From: Escherichia phage EcSzw_1
Sequence record: MH791413.1
Strand: one strand, 5' to 3'
Length of the DNA stretch: 64,000 nucleotides
Positions within the stretch are counted from its first letter, which is position 1; each line of letters starts with the position of its first letter. Both the position numbers and the translations under genes were made by a program. This document shows positions 19,729 through 33,362 of this stretch, one piece after another. A model generated the notes under the pieces. That model saw only the letters and a program-made list of their open reading frames with translations. It ran no database searches and was not told the origin of the DNA.

Positions 19729-19932
19729 ATGAAGAAGAATCATTGCAAGAAGAACTATGGAGAAGTGCTTGACGACGAAGGTCATGTCATCTTCCGAGTT
19801 TACTGTGCAGATGACTCTGAAGTAGGTAAAGCACTTGATGACTATATCAATGGTACTCGTGAAAACGTCAGAGCAACAAACATAGATTCATTGATTGACA
19901 CTTCCAGAAAACGGAGGAAGAAGGATGAATGA
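19729..19932 (+). CDS. Hypothetical small protein
   Basis: 67-aa ORF. Confidence 0.4.
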   Translation: MKKNHCKKNYGEVLDDEGHVIFRVYCADDSEVGKALDDYINGTRENVRATNIDSLIDTSRKRRKKDE

Positions 19933-20224
19933 AGTCTTTGACCCTTACGCCCCACAAGATAAGTGGGAAGCTGATAGAGAGTATGAGATGGAAAGTTATA
20001 TCTGTCCAATGGATGTAGACGAAATGAGAGAGTTCGTTGCATTCCGTTTTGAAAAAGAAATTGAGAAAAGAAAACTTTCTCAGGCACAAGTTGCAAAAAT
20101 TTGTGATATCTCTCAAAGTCGTGTTTCCAACATTGTCAATGGTACTGGAAAGATTACCCTTGAATACATGTTGAAAGCTTGTGAAAAACTTGGTGTTAAC
20201 TTCAACTTAAGGCTGTCAGATTAA
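19925..20224 (+). CDS. HTH (XRE-like) transcriptional regulator
   Basis: LSQAQVAKICDISQSRVSNIVNG HTH pattern; ATG 19925 with GGAGGAAGAAGG SD. Confidence 0.55.
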   Translation: MNEVFDPYAPQDKWEADREYEMESYICPMDVDEMREFVAFRFEKEIEKRKLSQAQVAKICDISQSRVSNIVNGTGKITLEYMLKACEKLGVNFNLRLSD

Positions 20225-20225
20225 T

Positions 20226-20585
20226 ATGAAACGTGAAAATGCAATCATCAAAGGTAACTTCGCAATTGGCTTCTATGGTAAACCTACTGAAGCTGAAAAG
20301 GTGTGGGGTCATGAGATTCTTGAAGAGATGATTCCAAAACTCCAAAAAGGAGAAATTAAGCATTCTGAAAAGAATCGTGTGAAAGGCTATATGGCAATTG
20401 GTTCAGCTATATCCAACATCAAACTTGAGACGACATGTGCAAAAGATGTTCGTAACTCGTTTATCAAGGAACTCTTCAACAACCTTGATGGTGTAGATGC
20501 TACCGCTATCTGGCTTGATGTTGATGGTGCTAAGTATACAACTTTCGTATTTAAAAATGAGGATATCAAATGTCTCTTCCCGTAA
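20226..20585 (+). CDS. Hypothetical protein
   Basis: 119-aa ORF. Confidence 0.5.
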   Translation: MKRENAIIKGNFAIGFYGKPTEAEKVWGHEILEEMIPKLQKGEIKHSEKNRVKGYMAIGSAISNIKLETTCAKDVRNSFIKELFNNLDGVDATAIWLDVDGAKYTTFVFKNEDIKCLFP

Positions 20586-21070
20586 AAATTGACTTGTTCT
20601 TTGGATACAATCTGATGACAGGGTGTATGCTTAGTCTTCCAAAGTCTCCTTATCGTACTGAGAAGGGTGCTGTGAAACGTGCTGCACACTACAATAATGA
20701 CTTAGGTCGTTTGCAGACGATTTACAAGTGGCTTGAAGAAGATGGTCGAGTAAATGAGTACTTCCATCAGCTTCGTATGGCTAACGAAGAAAATAAGATG
20801 GGCTATGAACTGTTCCCACGTCTTTACAAAGTGACTTCACCAACTTCTCAAACTTGGAATGAGAAATCTATTGAGGGTTACAAAAAGGTCACAATGTCTC
20901 CGTTTAGTAGTGGTGCAGAGTTTGAGAAGCTACGTGAGATAATTTATCAGACTGTTGCAAAGCGTGTTGCAAAGGGTCTTTCTTATAATGAAAAGATTGA
21001 CTGGAACACTCAAAAGGTTATACAATTCTTTGCATACGATAATGACAAACAAACTTTTGTAGAGGTTTAA
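20570..21070 (+). CDS. Hypothetical protein
   Basis: 166-aa ORF. Confidence 0.5.
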   Translation: MSLPVKIDLFFGYNLMTGCMLSLPKSPYRTEKGAVKRAAHYNNDLGRLQTIYKWLEEDGRVNEYFHQLRMANEENKMGYELFPRLYKVTSPTSQTWNEKSIEGYKKVTMSPFSSGAEFEKLREIIYQTVAKRVAKGLSYNEKIDWNTQKVIQFFAYDNDKQTFVEV

Positions 21071-21071
21071 C

Positions 21072-21590
21072 ATGAAGATTGGAAACAGCTTAACAGAGCC
21101 AGAAGCAATTCTGCTTAAGGGTGTTATCAAAGAACATCTTAAAAATCGTAGACTTCAAGAGGGCACAATCCTTATTGAGACAAACTACGAAGCTGGAACG
21201 ATTGAGTTTCTTGACGAAGATACTGGTGATGCACTTTGCCTTTTGCCAACTCACCTCTTCACTACTGAGTTTCGAGATTCTAAATCAATCTCTGTGAAGC
21301 TGGTTCCAAGCATTGAGTTGTATGAAGGTATGCAATACCCACGTAGCTTCAAAGCTTTACTTAACATCTTCATAGATGATATTGTAGATTTAGTAAGGCC
21401 AGAAGCTGGTGAGTATGTAATCACTGCTGAGTGTCAGAATAGCAGCTACATCACTCTTGCTGGCAATCTTTCAACGATGAACTTCTTAGATTTCATTCCG
21501 AAACACTTTGAAGACTTCCTTTCATCGTGTGGTGATGACCTTGATTTCATTGTAAAATTGGAACAAGAATATAAGGTGAATAAGAAATGA
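21072..21590 (+). CDS. Hypothetical protein
   Basis: 172-aa ORF. Confidence 0.5.
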   Translation: MKIGNSLTEPEAILLKGVIKEHLKNRRLQEGTILIETNYEAGTIEFLDEDTGDALCLLPTHLFTTEFRDSKSISVKLVPSIELYEGMQYPRSFKALLNIFIDDIVDLVRPEAGEYVITAECQNSSYITLAGNLSTMNFLDFIPKHFEDFLSSCGDDLDFIVKLEQEYKVNKK

Positions 21591-21856
21591 AAATCTTTAA
21601 AGTTGAACACTGTTACATGCAGAGTGGTGAGCCAATTCGTTGTCCTCATTGTGGTTGTACAGATTTTCAAGGTGAGGTTACAGATATCGTCTCTGGTCAT
21701 GTAGCAGAAGAGTATACTCGTTGCCGTGGATGTATGAAGATTGTTTCATTTTGGGCTTACGGAAGTTATGAGCCACATCCACATGTTATTTATCATCCAG
21801 TAAAAGTTGTTAAGAATATCATCAACTGGCTTATTATTAAAGGGTTTTTCAAATGA
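21587..21856 (+). CDS. Small Cys-rich protein
   Basis: 89 aa with CPHCGC...CRGC. Confidence 0.45.
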   Translation: MKIFKVEHCYMQSGEPIRCPHCGCTDFQGEVTDIVSGHVAEEYTRCRGCMKIVSFWAYGSYEPHPHVIYHPVKVVKNIINWLIIKGFFK

Positions 21857-22398
21857 TTCGTTTAGTGTTTGCAAGTGGTCGTAAAGGTGAGTTTGGCACT
21901 CCTGATGGGATGCCTTGGGAACGTAACCGTGAAGACATGAAAGAGTTTAAAAAGCTGACTCAAAACCAGCTTGTAATCATGGGTAATGAGACTTTCAAGA
22001 CTCTTGGACGTAAACCTTTACCAAATCGTGAGAACATGATTCTGTCAAACAACCTCCCATATTACGGGATAGACTTTGATAATGACGGTTTTGTTATTGC
22101 GAAAGCTGACCCAGATTCTTTCGGTGCATTCTTGAAGAAAATTGACAGCCAGATTGATGAAAATGTCTGTGTGATTGGTGGTGCAAACATCTTAAAAGCA
22201 GCTTTACCATTTGCTGATGAAGTTTACCACACAGTTATCTATGAAATTACTAAAGAGCCAACTGTGTATCTTCCTGAAGAGGGTTTCTTTGAGTATTTAC
22301 ATGAGCCTGAACTCTTTGCTAGAATACAAGCTAAACCTCTGGATGATAAATCTGGAGTGGTAAACTTCTATGTTCCACAAGTAAGAGGACGATTCTGA
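21853..22398 (+). CDS. frd: Dihydrofolate reductase
   Basis: 181 aa; DGMPW and VIGGANILKAALPFADE resemble phage/bacterial DHFR. Confidence 0.75.
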   Translation: MIRLVFASGRKGEFGTPDGMPWERNREDMKEFKKLTQNQLVIMGNETFKTLGRKPLPNRENMILSNNLPYYGIDFDNDGFVIAKADPDSFGAFLKKIDSQIDENVCVIGGANILKAALPFADEVYHTVIYEITKEPTVYLPEEGFFEYLHEPELFARIQAKPLDDKSGVVNFYVPQVRGRF

Positions 22399-22399
22399 T

Positions 22400-23296
22400 A
22401 TGTCACAAGCAGATGTAAGTTATAAAAATATCCTGAACCACGTTTTGACAGTTGGTGAGCAGCGTAAAACCCGAACTGGTTCTGTAATTTCAACGTTCTC
22501 GCCTCCAGAGTTTCGTTTTGATATGCGTACTGGTTTCCCTTTACTGACGTCTAAACAGGTTCTGACCAGACAAGTTATAGGGGAAGCTTTATGGTTCTTG
22601 AATGGTGAGAATAAACTTGGTCATCTTCGCTATCGTACTTGGGGAGAAAACGATGGGGAGCGTTGGACAATCTGGACAAATGATTTTGAACGTTGGCTTA
22701 AAACAACATATGCAAGCGAGCAAGATTGGCTAGATGATGCAGGTGGACGTATCTACGGTGTACAGTGGAGAGCCTCAGAAGGTCATGGTGGCGTTACAGT
22801 TGACCAGCTAGACAATCTGATTACCAAGATGAAAAAGTCTCCTACAGACCGTTACATGCTGGTTAATGCTTGGAATGCTGCTGATATCTCAGCTAATGCA
22901 ATGGCTTTACCACCTTGTCATGTGCTTTTCCAGATTTACATCTCAAATACTGGTGAAGTTGATTTAAAATGGTATCAACGTTCTGTAGACAGCTTCTTAG
23001 GTTTACCGTTTAACATTGCGTCTTATGGTTTTATCTTGGAAGTGCTTTGTAAGATGACTGGATACACGCCTCGTTATCTGATTGGTACTTTGGGTGATAC
23101 TCAGATTTATCAGAACCATATGAATCAGGTATTCCAGCTTTTAGGTAATGAAGAGTTTCCTGCACCAAAGTTTGAGATTGTTCAAGATTTGAAATGTCTG
23201 GATGACCTCAAACATATGACTGCAAGTGACTTTATCGGCGGTTTCAAAGACTATCGACATGCAGGGAAGATTGAAGCTCCCTTGTCAGTAGGTTGA
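22400..23296 (+). CDS. thyA: Thymidylate synthase
   Basis: 298 aa; catalytic ALPPCHVLFQIY motif. Confidence 0.85.
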   Translation: MSQADVSYKNILNHVLTVGEQRKTRTGSVISTFSPPEFRFDMRTGFPLLTSKQVLTRQVIGEALWFLNGENKLGHLRYRTWGENDGERWTIWTNDFERWLKTTYASEQDWLDDAGGRIYGVQWRASEGHGGVTVDQLDNLITKMKKSPTDRYMLVNAWNAADISANAMALPPCHVLFQIYISNTGEVDLKWYQRSVDSFLGLPFNIASYGFILEVLCKMTGYTPRYLIGTLGDTQIYQNHMNQVFQLLGNEEFPAPKFEIVQDLKCLDDLKHMTASDFIGGFKDYRHAGKIEAPLSVG

Positions 23297-23304
23297 TAGA
23301 TACA

Positions 23305-23330
23305 AAAAAGGCTCCTTTTTACGGGAGCCT
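23305..23330. terminator. Bidirectional terminator between convergent thyA and 23336..23710
   Basis: GGCTCC/GGAGCC stem; T-tract on minus side, weaker T-rich run on plus side. Confidence 0.65.
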
Positions 23331-23335
23331 TAAAC

Positions 23336-23710
23336 TTATTTCTTCTTAGCATTTTGAGTGTTCTGTTCAGTGATTGCTTGCAAAGCCGATACAGACTGTG
23401 CTAGGTTATTAACACTGTCAGAGAATTTATCAAGGGTCTTGGTCAACTTGGCGTTTTCACCCTTTACGTTCTCTAGCTGAACCTTCTGGTTCTCCATGCC
23501 TAATTGCAGGAGTTTCATGTCAGACTGTAAGTCACGAATAGCTGAGTAGTTGCTTTTGTTGTAACTATCAAGCTGTTGTAACTTTGTCGAAACGGAAACT
23601 TCCTGCTTCCCATCAGACACCTGCATTGTAGTGTACATACCAATTACACTGAAGATACCCACAACAATTGCACCAATGTTATTTTTGAAAGCATCCTCTA
23701 ACCACTTCAT
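23336..23710 (-). CDS. Membrane-anchored coiled-coil protein, hypothetical
   Basis: N-terminal TM helix then coiled coil; downstream of tail fiber gene. Confidence 0.45.
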   Translation of the reverse strand: MKWLEDAFKNNIGAIVVGIFSVIGMYTTMQVSDGKQEVSVSTKLQQLDSYNKSNYSAIRDLQSDMKLLQLGMENQKVQLENVKGENAKLTKTLDKFSDSVNNLAQSVSALQAITEQNTQNAKKK

Positions 23711-23904
23711 TCTTTCTCCCCTTTAAAGGCTTTTTCCAAGTTATTAACAAATTCATCATCAATAGGCGTATCTGTCTTGCTCGCAAGGTATCTTGCAAGT
23801 CTGAAGAAGGCTTTCTCAATCATGTATTCACTCAGAAGGGAAAGTAAGAGTTTCCAGAGGAAGCTACCCAAGTTTTTTAAGAGGATTGCTAGGATAGTCG
23901 GCAT
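23707..23904 (-). CDS. Small membrane protein, hypothetical
   Basis: 65 aa, hydrophobic N-terminus, GAGGTGA SD, ATGA overlap with next gene. Confidence 0.45.
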   Translation of the reverse strand: MPTILAILLKNLGSFLWKLLLSLLSEYMIEKAFFRLARYLASKTDTPIDDEFVNNLEKAFKGEKE

Positions 23905-23983
23905 TATATCACCTCATCAGCCAAGATGGTGAGAATACCTATGAAAATATTAACACCATCTTAACAATTAGTCAACAAATTGA

Positions 23984-26368
23984 TTACGCCGTTCTAACCC
24001 ATGCCATCAATCTAATAAACAGGTTTACAACACTGAATGCTGAACCAGAACCTGTACCACCAGTGTTACCACTAACTGTGTGGGTGTGAGCACCGATACC
24101 TACTGTGTGGGCATGGTTACCAGCAGAGGCAGCAGTACCAGAGATTGTGTGGGTGTGAGCACCACCTGCATCAGTATAACCTGGCCCTGTACCAATCTTA
24201 CCACCACCACCACCAGAATAGTGTGTAGAGTTCTGACCAATCCACGAGATTGCATGGTTATGGCTACCAGCAGATGCAGCAGAACCACTCACAGAGTGAG
24301 TATGAGCACCCGTTGTGTTAGATGTTTTAGTACCGTAGTCAAAGCTTGATGTTGTAGCTGAGAAGCTGTGAGTGTGTGAAGGGATATGCCCTACAGATAA
24401 CGTCACAGTATCCGCACCACCAACTGATTTAACATCTGAACCGTTTGCTGCACCAATCCTAACTGTTCTTCCAACACCCTCATTCAGATACGTCCAAGTC
24501 ATACCTGCAAGAGTCGTGTTAGGGTTCTGGTTAGTTGCAAACCATGTTACAATCCCCACTGGATAGACTTTCTTAAGGTCTGTTGAGTCAGTTACAGCAG
24601 ATGCAATTTTCTGGTCAACTTCAGCTTTAGTGTACGCACCAAGTTCTGAAGGGGTTGGCTTAGTACCGTCTGTGTAAATCTTCTCAAAAGTTACTGTGTC
24701 AGTTTCTGTCAAGTTTCTTGCAAGCCAGATACCTTTTGCTGAGTAGTTAGCTAAGAAAGCCAACTGACCAACACCTGTATCTCTCTTCGCAAAAACATGA
24801 AGATATGCTGCTGAATCTGCTGGATAGCTTGGGATAACACTTGCAGCAGGTGTCTGTAGCATTGCTGAGTAGCCTTGAGGCTTGTTCCAGTCTGCTCTTG
24901 TAGCAATAGAGATAATTCTACCAACTGTTGCACCATGACCTGTAGAACTAATCACCAAGTCTGTCGCTGTGCTTCCACTCACTTTCAAGAATCTTGCATC
25001 TAAGTTGCCCCAATCAGAAGGTTTTACCTGTCCAGTAATCTGTAGAGATTTAGACAAAAGGACTTCATCAGACAAATCAATTCTTGCACCAGTCAAGTAG
25101 TTGTGGAAAGATGCAACACCAGAACCATTTGTACCACAACCAATATACCACTTGTTAGAGTTATCAGTATTCTTCCCAACGATGTAAGAAGCATTATTCT
25201 GAACTTTGCTGTAGATTCTTAGTGCTTCGCCATCTGATTGAATGTTTTGTTGAAGAGTGAACGTGTTAGCTTCATTCTTCTTAGCAAGATTAGCATATGT
25301 ACCAATCAAAACATAGCGAGAGTCAATATTAGTCCAATCGGTAGGCTGAACCTGTCCAGTGATTGCAAGACTCTTGTTCACCCTAACCATGTTGTCAAGC
25401 AACACATAGGTATCATTTGAGATGTTTGTCAAGACAACTGAGCTACTACCATCTGCATAGTTACCTACAGCCCACTTCATAGAAGCATCTGTGTTCTGAC
25501 CTTCGATGTAAAGTGCCTTACCACTTGTCAAGTTCTTCAGAGTTAATCTTGCACCATCACCAAGTAACGTTGTAGTACCTCTGAAGGTGTTGTTTCCAGT
25601 AATCGTGTTAGCCGCTGCCAACTGAACAAATCTTTGGTCTGCTGCATCACGAGTGTAGAATCTTGCATCAAAGTTACCAAAATCTGAAGGAACAACCTGT
25701 CCAGTTACCTGAAGAGACTTGTTAATACCTACAGCACCAGCACCAAGAACGATATTAGTGTTCTGCCTTGTATTAGCCAAAGTCACATCTGTTCCAGCAC
25801 CAAGGTTACCAAGGGTGAATCTGACGTTATTTGCTACATCTCTTCCCTCATAATACAACGCAGACTCTGTAGTGTTTTTTAAAGTTAAACCTGCGTTATT
25901 GGTCTGGAAAATTTGACTTGCCGTGAAGGTGTTTTGAGTACCTTTGATAGCAAATCTTGCATCATTCTCATCATTAGTTCTCATCCCAAGTTCGTTAGGA
26001 GATGGCTTATTCAGAGTGTGATAAACTGTTGCACTTCTCGAAGCATCTGCAATAGTTAGTTTAAGACCATTTGCATTAAGTTTGAAAGTTTTTGCAGTGT
26101 CGCCAAAGACAATTTCAGAATTACCTGTTGGGTCAAGTAAGTCTTTTCCTCCATAGGTAAGTTTAACAATTCCTAAATTACCTGTCATGGTTCCACCAAC
26201 TAATTGCAGAAATCTTTCCAATCTAAATGATGCAAGGAAATCTGCATAAGTCATTCTACGGTCTTCATCACCTAGCATCTCAGTTCTTTTCTTTACTCTG
26301 ACATGCAATAGGTCATCAGAACGAATCTCACTAATCGAGTTTAATTCACTCAATTTAAATTCTGCCAT
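23984..26368 (-). CDS. Tail fiber protein with C-terminal HxH repeats
   Basis: 794 aa; repeated HTHS/HNHA/HAHT motifs; C-terminus shared with 26411..27559. Confidence 0.7.
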   Translation of the reverse strand: MAEFKLSELNSISEIRSDDLLHVRVKKRTEMLGDEDRRMTYADFLASFRLERFLQLVGGTMTGNLGIVKLTYGGKDLLDPTGNSEIVFGDTAKTFKLNANGLKLTIADASRSATVYHTLNKPSPNELGMRTNDENDARFAIKGTQNTFTASQIFQTNNAGLTLKNTTESALYYEGRDVANNVRFTLGNLGAGTDVTLANTRQNTNIVLGAGAVGINKSLQVTGQVVPSDFGNFDARFYTRDAADQRFVQLAAANTITGNNTFRGTTTLLGDGARLTLKNLTSGKALYIEGQNTDASMKWAVGNYADGSSSVVLTNISNDTYVLLDNMVRVNKSLAITGQVQPTDWTNIDSRYVLIGTYANLAKKNEANTFTLQQNIQSDGEALRIYSKVQNNASYIVGKNTDNSNKWYIGCGTNGSGVASFHNYLTGARIDLSDEVLLSKSLQITGQVKPSDWGNLDARFLKVSGSTATDLVISSTGHGATVGRIISIATRADWNKPQGYSAMLQTPAASVIPSYPADSAAYLHVFAKRDTGVGQLAFLANYSAKGIWLARNLTETDTVTFEKIYTDGTKPTPSELGAYTKAEVDQKIASAVTDSTDLKKVYPVGIVTWFATNQNPNTTLAGMTWTYLNEGVGRTVRIGAANGSDVKSVGGADTVTLSVGHIPSHTHSFSATTSSFDYGTKTSNTTGAHTHSVSGSAASAGSHNHAISWIGQNSTHYSGGGGGKIGTGPGYTDAGGAHTHTISGTAASAGNHAHTVGIGAHTHTVSGNTGGTGSGSAFSVVNLFIRLMAWVRTA

Positions 26369-26382
26369 TATACAATCCTCTT

Positions 26383-26402
26383 AAAAGGGGCTACAAAGCC
26401 CC
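26383..26402 (-). terminator. Rho-independent terminator after tail fiber gene 26411..27559
   Basis: Minus strand GGGGCT-TTGT-AGCCCC followed by TTTT. Confidence 0.65.
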
Positions 26403-26410
26403 TATTATAA

Positions 26411-27559
26411 TTAAGCAGTTCTCTGCCATACATATAGAACAAATGATGGCTGTTCAATGTTAAATGCCTGACCAGAACCAGTTGAGCCAGTTGTACCAGA
26501 GTGGGAATGCTCACCTGCACCAGTAACCGTCACCGTAGCCGTATGTGAGTGACTACCAATAGCAACGGAGTGGCTGTGAGCACCAATACCAACTGTGTGG
26601 CTGTGAGCACCAATTGCTACAGTGTGAGTATGGTTGTTAGCAGTTGTCAGAGTGGCTCTTGGGTCATAGTCTGCACCAACTACTGAAAGTCCCGGCAAAC
26701 TACCGTTATCATAACCACGGTTAATCCACGTTGTCTGGGTGAATCCAGCAGAACTCGTAGTTTTATTACCATAATTGAATGATGATGTTGTCTTAGTACC
26801 ATAATCAAATGTGGTAGTTCCTTTAGTACCATAATCAAATGAACTAACTGAAGCAGTTGCACCGTGTGAGTGACCGCCACCAGTTACATACACTGAGTGG
26901 GTGTGTGCAGGAATATTATTAGCAGATAGTGAAGCAGTTTGAGAACCAAACGTTGAACCCGCTGGTCTGGATGTGCTATCAAAACCTACTAAAGCTCTAC
27001 CTCTGGATACTAACACCCAAGTACCACCACAAATTAGATATGTAGATGGGTTAGCAGCATTCATAGACAGATGGATAGTACCTACTGGATAAGAAGCCTG
27101 TACAGCCCTATACAAGCTGTTTACTGCCCTTGCTGTAGCATACTTATCAGCGTCTTCATTATATGCGTTGGAAGCTAACCAGTTCTGAACATTCCCCAAA
27201 CCAACTTGTGATTTAGTTGTATTGTGAGGGTTATTCTTGTCATTAATGTGGTTCTGGATAAGTTGATTAACTTCATCAGAAGACATAATCTGTAAGTTTG
27301 CTCTTGCTTCAGCTACGTCAACGATATCTGATAAGTTGTTTGCAGCGACAAGCTGTAAAGCATTTAACACGTTGCCTAGCTCAACCTGAACTTTTGTAAC
27401 ACCGTGAGGGTTATTCCTCAAGGATGCGTGAGGGTCAAGTAATTGTTCAAGTGTACATCTCTTATCCTCAATACCTTGTTTAAGGTGGAAGATATCACTT
27501 AACTCAATTGGTAACGACGCTTGAGGCAAGGCACTAATTTGAATTTCACCTACTGCCAT
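26411..27559 (-). CDS. Tail fiber protein 2 (paralogous tip, HxH repeats)
   Basis: 382 aa; FDYGTK tandem repeats and HTHT/HSHT motifs. Confidence 0.65.
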   Translation of the reverse strand: MAVGEIQISALPQASLPIELSDIFHLKQGIEDKRCTLEQLLDPHASLRNNPHGVTKVQVELGNVLNALQLVAANNLSDIVDVAEARANLQIMSSDEVNQLIQNHINDKNNPHNTTKSQVGLGNVQNWLASNAYNEDADKYATARAVNSLYRAVQASYPVGTIHLSMNAANPSTYLICGGTWVLVSRGRALVGFDSTSRPAGSTFGSQTASLSANNIPAHTHSVYVTGGGHSHGATASVSSFDYGTKGTTTFDYGTKTTSSFNYGNKTTSSAGFTQTTWINRGYDNGSLPGLSVVGADYDPRATLTTANNHTHTVAIGAHSHTVGIGAHSHSVAIGSHSHTATVTVTGAGEHSHSGTTGSTGSGQAFNIEQPSFVLYVWQRTA

Positions 27560-27561
27560 TA

Positions 27562-27876
27562 TTAGCCTCCGATAAATTCATAAGTGTACTGATTAGTTGT
27601 GCTTGTTGGAGCAGTACCTGTCACGGTATTAATAAGGTTCCATCCAGCCGATACTAAATCAGGTTGCTCGGTAGCAAAGCTTCTGACTTCACCAACAATA
27701 GCTGTTGTCCCATTTGCTCTTTCCAGCAAATAGTTTAAAATATAGTTATACCACTGACGACCCATTGGTTCGCCACGAAGTAACCCTGTTGCCTGAATCT
27801 CAGGAGGTGGTAACACTTTTAACTGGTTACCATCAGCGTCTACATCATCTGTAGCCCATCTTACTGCATCTGCCAT
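27562..27876 (-). CDS. Hypothetical tail/fiber-associated protein
   Basis: 104-aa ORF between fiber and baseplate genes. Confidence 0.45.
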   Translation of the reverse strand: MADAVRWATDDVDADGNQLKVLPPPEIQATGLLRGEPMGRQWYNYILNYLLERANGTTAIVGEVRSFATEQPDLVSAGWNLINTVTGTAPTSTTNQYTYEFIGG

Positions 27877-28733
27877 TATGAACTTCCTTCCTGTTGAGAT
27901 TTATCTTTTCTGCCTTTGATGATTTGTGCAACTTCAGCCATTACACCATATTCACCACCTGCAACCGTTTCTTTACCGACAATAAAGTTGTCGTTACTGT
28001 TATTCGTTCTGCTCACATTCATATAATCTTTTGAAGTGCTTCCAGCAGTTCTATCAATTCTGAAATATCCGTCTCTTACACCTGCATCTGCTAAACTACC
28101 CAACAAGTTAGCCTCAAGAGAACCACCTGTGTTATTCGTTACAAGACCTCTGTTATTATCTGTTACAAACCAGTTGTCTTTGTCGTCAACGATGGCTAAG
28201 GCTGAGTCAGCAACCTCTACAGGTGTCCAAGCAGTACCATTCAAAGTCACATCCCTTAAGATGACTGCTGAACCAATTGTTGTTGCAGCAATCTTTGAAA
28301 GTGTGTATGCTGTATCTAGAACGTTATTTCTCGTATTAACACGAATAACAATACCACCAGTCATCGGTGTAATATGCTCAAACACCTGTGAAAATGTAGC
28401 ATTGTAAAGTGTCATTACAGCATTTTGAAGAAACGCTGGAGTTGTGTCAGAACGTCTTAGGAAAATTTGGATATACAGCATTGCACGATATGAATCGTCA
28501 TCAGCACCAAGAGGTCTAGGGACTTTAATCAAAGCCCCGATATTATCTAGTTGCTGACCAATAGCTGTACGGATATTACGTTCTGTGTGCATCTGCCAAG
28601 TAATATCCTCTAACAATTGTAACTCATCTGTAATAGATTTCAATAGACTAGTGTAAATAAACTTTTCTTTGAATTGAGTTACAGTTCTTTCATCCAATGT
28701 TTTGTAATAGACGTCTTCAATCTTTTCAAACAT
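27876..28733 (-). CDS. Baseplate/tail protein, hypothetical
   Basis: 285 aa in baseplate block. Confidence 0.45.
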   Translation of the reverse strand: MFEKIEDVYYKTLDERTVTQFKEKFIYTSLLKSITDELQLLEDITWQMHTERNIRTAIGQQLDNIGALIKVPRPLGADDDSYRAMLYIQIFLRRSDTTPAFLQNAVMTLYNATFSQVFEHITPMTGGIVIRVNTRNNVLDTAYTLSKIAATTIGSAVILRDVTLNGTAWTPVEVADSALAIVDDKDNWFVTDNNRGLVTNNTGGSLEANLLGSLADAGVRDGYFRIDRTAGSTSKDYMNVSRTNNSNDNFIVGKETVAGGEYGVMAEVAQIIKGRKDKSQQEGSS

Positions 28734-28735
28734 TG

Positions 28736-30204
28736 TTACTCCTTAGTGATAGTGTACTGGCTGCTTTCCCATACCGTATACTGGTCACCATCAACTGTGA
28801 TTCTTGAAGTAGTGTACTGGTCATCCGAAGGTGGAACTGCTTGGTTATTTGAAAGAGCAACTTTAATTTCGTTGATTTCAATACCCTGAATAACGTCATA
28901 GATGTATCCATAGATTCTGTTAGGAATCACGTCATTACCAACTTTCAGAGTTCTACCATAATCGTTAATACCCTGTACAATACTGTCATGGATATCTTCT
29001 TCAGGAATTGTCAAGCTTTCTTCATCATACAACTCGTAAGTTACCTTAACAAAGACATACTTAGGTGTTGGTCTGCTGAAGTAAACGTTATGAGCCAAAC
29101 CTCCAAGGTCGTATGCAGTACCAAAGATGGAACCATAAGCCCTGATACCAGCAGGTTTAGTATCCCAAATAGCTTGAGCAACGTTATCGTTCTGACCACC
29201 TACAACGACAATCTTGAAAGATTTCGGAGGAATACCGTCAGGGGTTGTTGTCTCAGTATCATTCTCCACACCTGAAGCATCTGACACACCCTGAACCCTC
29301 TTGACAGCAGCAACGATAGCATCTAAAGTACCTACACCGGTAACGGTTAAAGACTCTAGGTAACGCTGGCGAAGTTCTGTATCAGTTTCTTCATCACGTC
29401 CTGTTGTCAGGTCGTATCTGTTGAATACACTATCAAGGCCGTCTACAGTTGTTTCAATTTCAATCAGTGTTCCTGCCAAAGCTGGAATAGCACCAACCTG
29501 TTCAGCAACCACATCGTGAATTGTAGTAATCTTCGTAAAGCTTAAGAAGGTCGTTGCAGTAACAACCATAGGGTTTGTTCTGGCAATGATATCTCCTTCA
29601 TCTTTGTAGATTCTTAGAGATGAGCCATCGTTAATAACTTCAGCTTTAGCAACAATACCACCATTGATAGCATCTGCAAGTTCGTTTAGCAGAGTTGTGA
29701 TAGTGTCTGAAGAAGTTGGCTGATAAGAGAAAACAACGTTATCAATAATGATAACATAGTTTGCATCAGTACGTAAAGAGTTAACTTCTAAAACTGCTTC
29801 AACACAATAAGATGGTGTCAATGTGAATGTAGAAACTGGATAGAAAATATTACCAGCAGTACTTCTCAGTCTTGTTGTTGCAGGAATTGAAGCACCAGTT
29901 GTACCAGTAAATTCAGCCTGTCCTCTTGTAGCCTGAGCAACATATCTGTAGATTGCGTTTAAGGCTGTGATATCATCTAGGTTGAATCCTTCAGCTTTAT
30001 CAATGGTGTTGCCATCATAAATCTCAGACAGAACTTCATGGGTATCTGCCAAGGCTCTTGCTACTGATGCTAAGAACAGACCTAACTGGCTGTCTTCAGA
30101 TACGTCAAGGTTTGGGGAGATATCTCTTAAAAGTCTTGCTTTGATATTATCAAAGATTTCTTGATATCTCAGTGTTTGTAATCCTGTTGCGGTTAATCCA
30201 GCCA

Positions 30205-30205
<1 letters not shown>
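28736..30205 (-). CDS. Baseplate protein (J-like wedge), putative
   Basis: 489 aa; position and size in contractile-tail baseplate module. Confidence 0.5.

Positions 30206-33361
<3,156 letters not shown>

Positions 33362-33362
<1 letters not shown>

Noticed and set aside
24080-24566. Plus-strand ORFs opposite the tail-fibre HxH repeat region
   Set aside because: Generated by the repetitive codon structure of the fibre gene; antisense and Cys/Thr/Arg low complexity.
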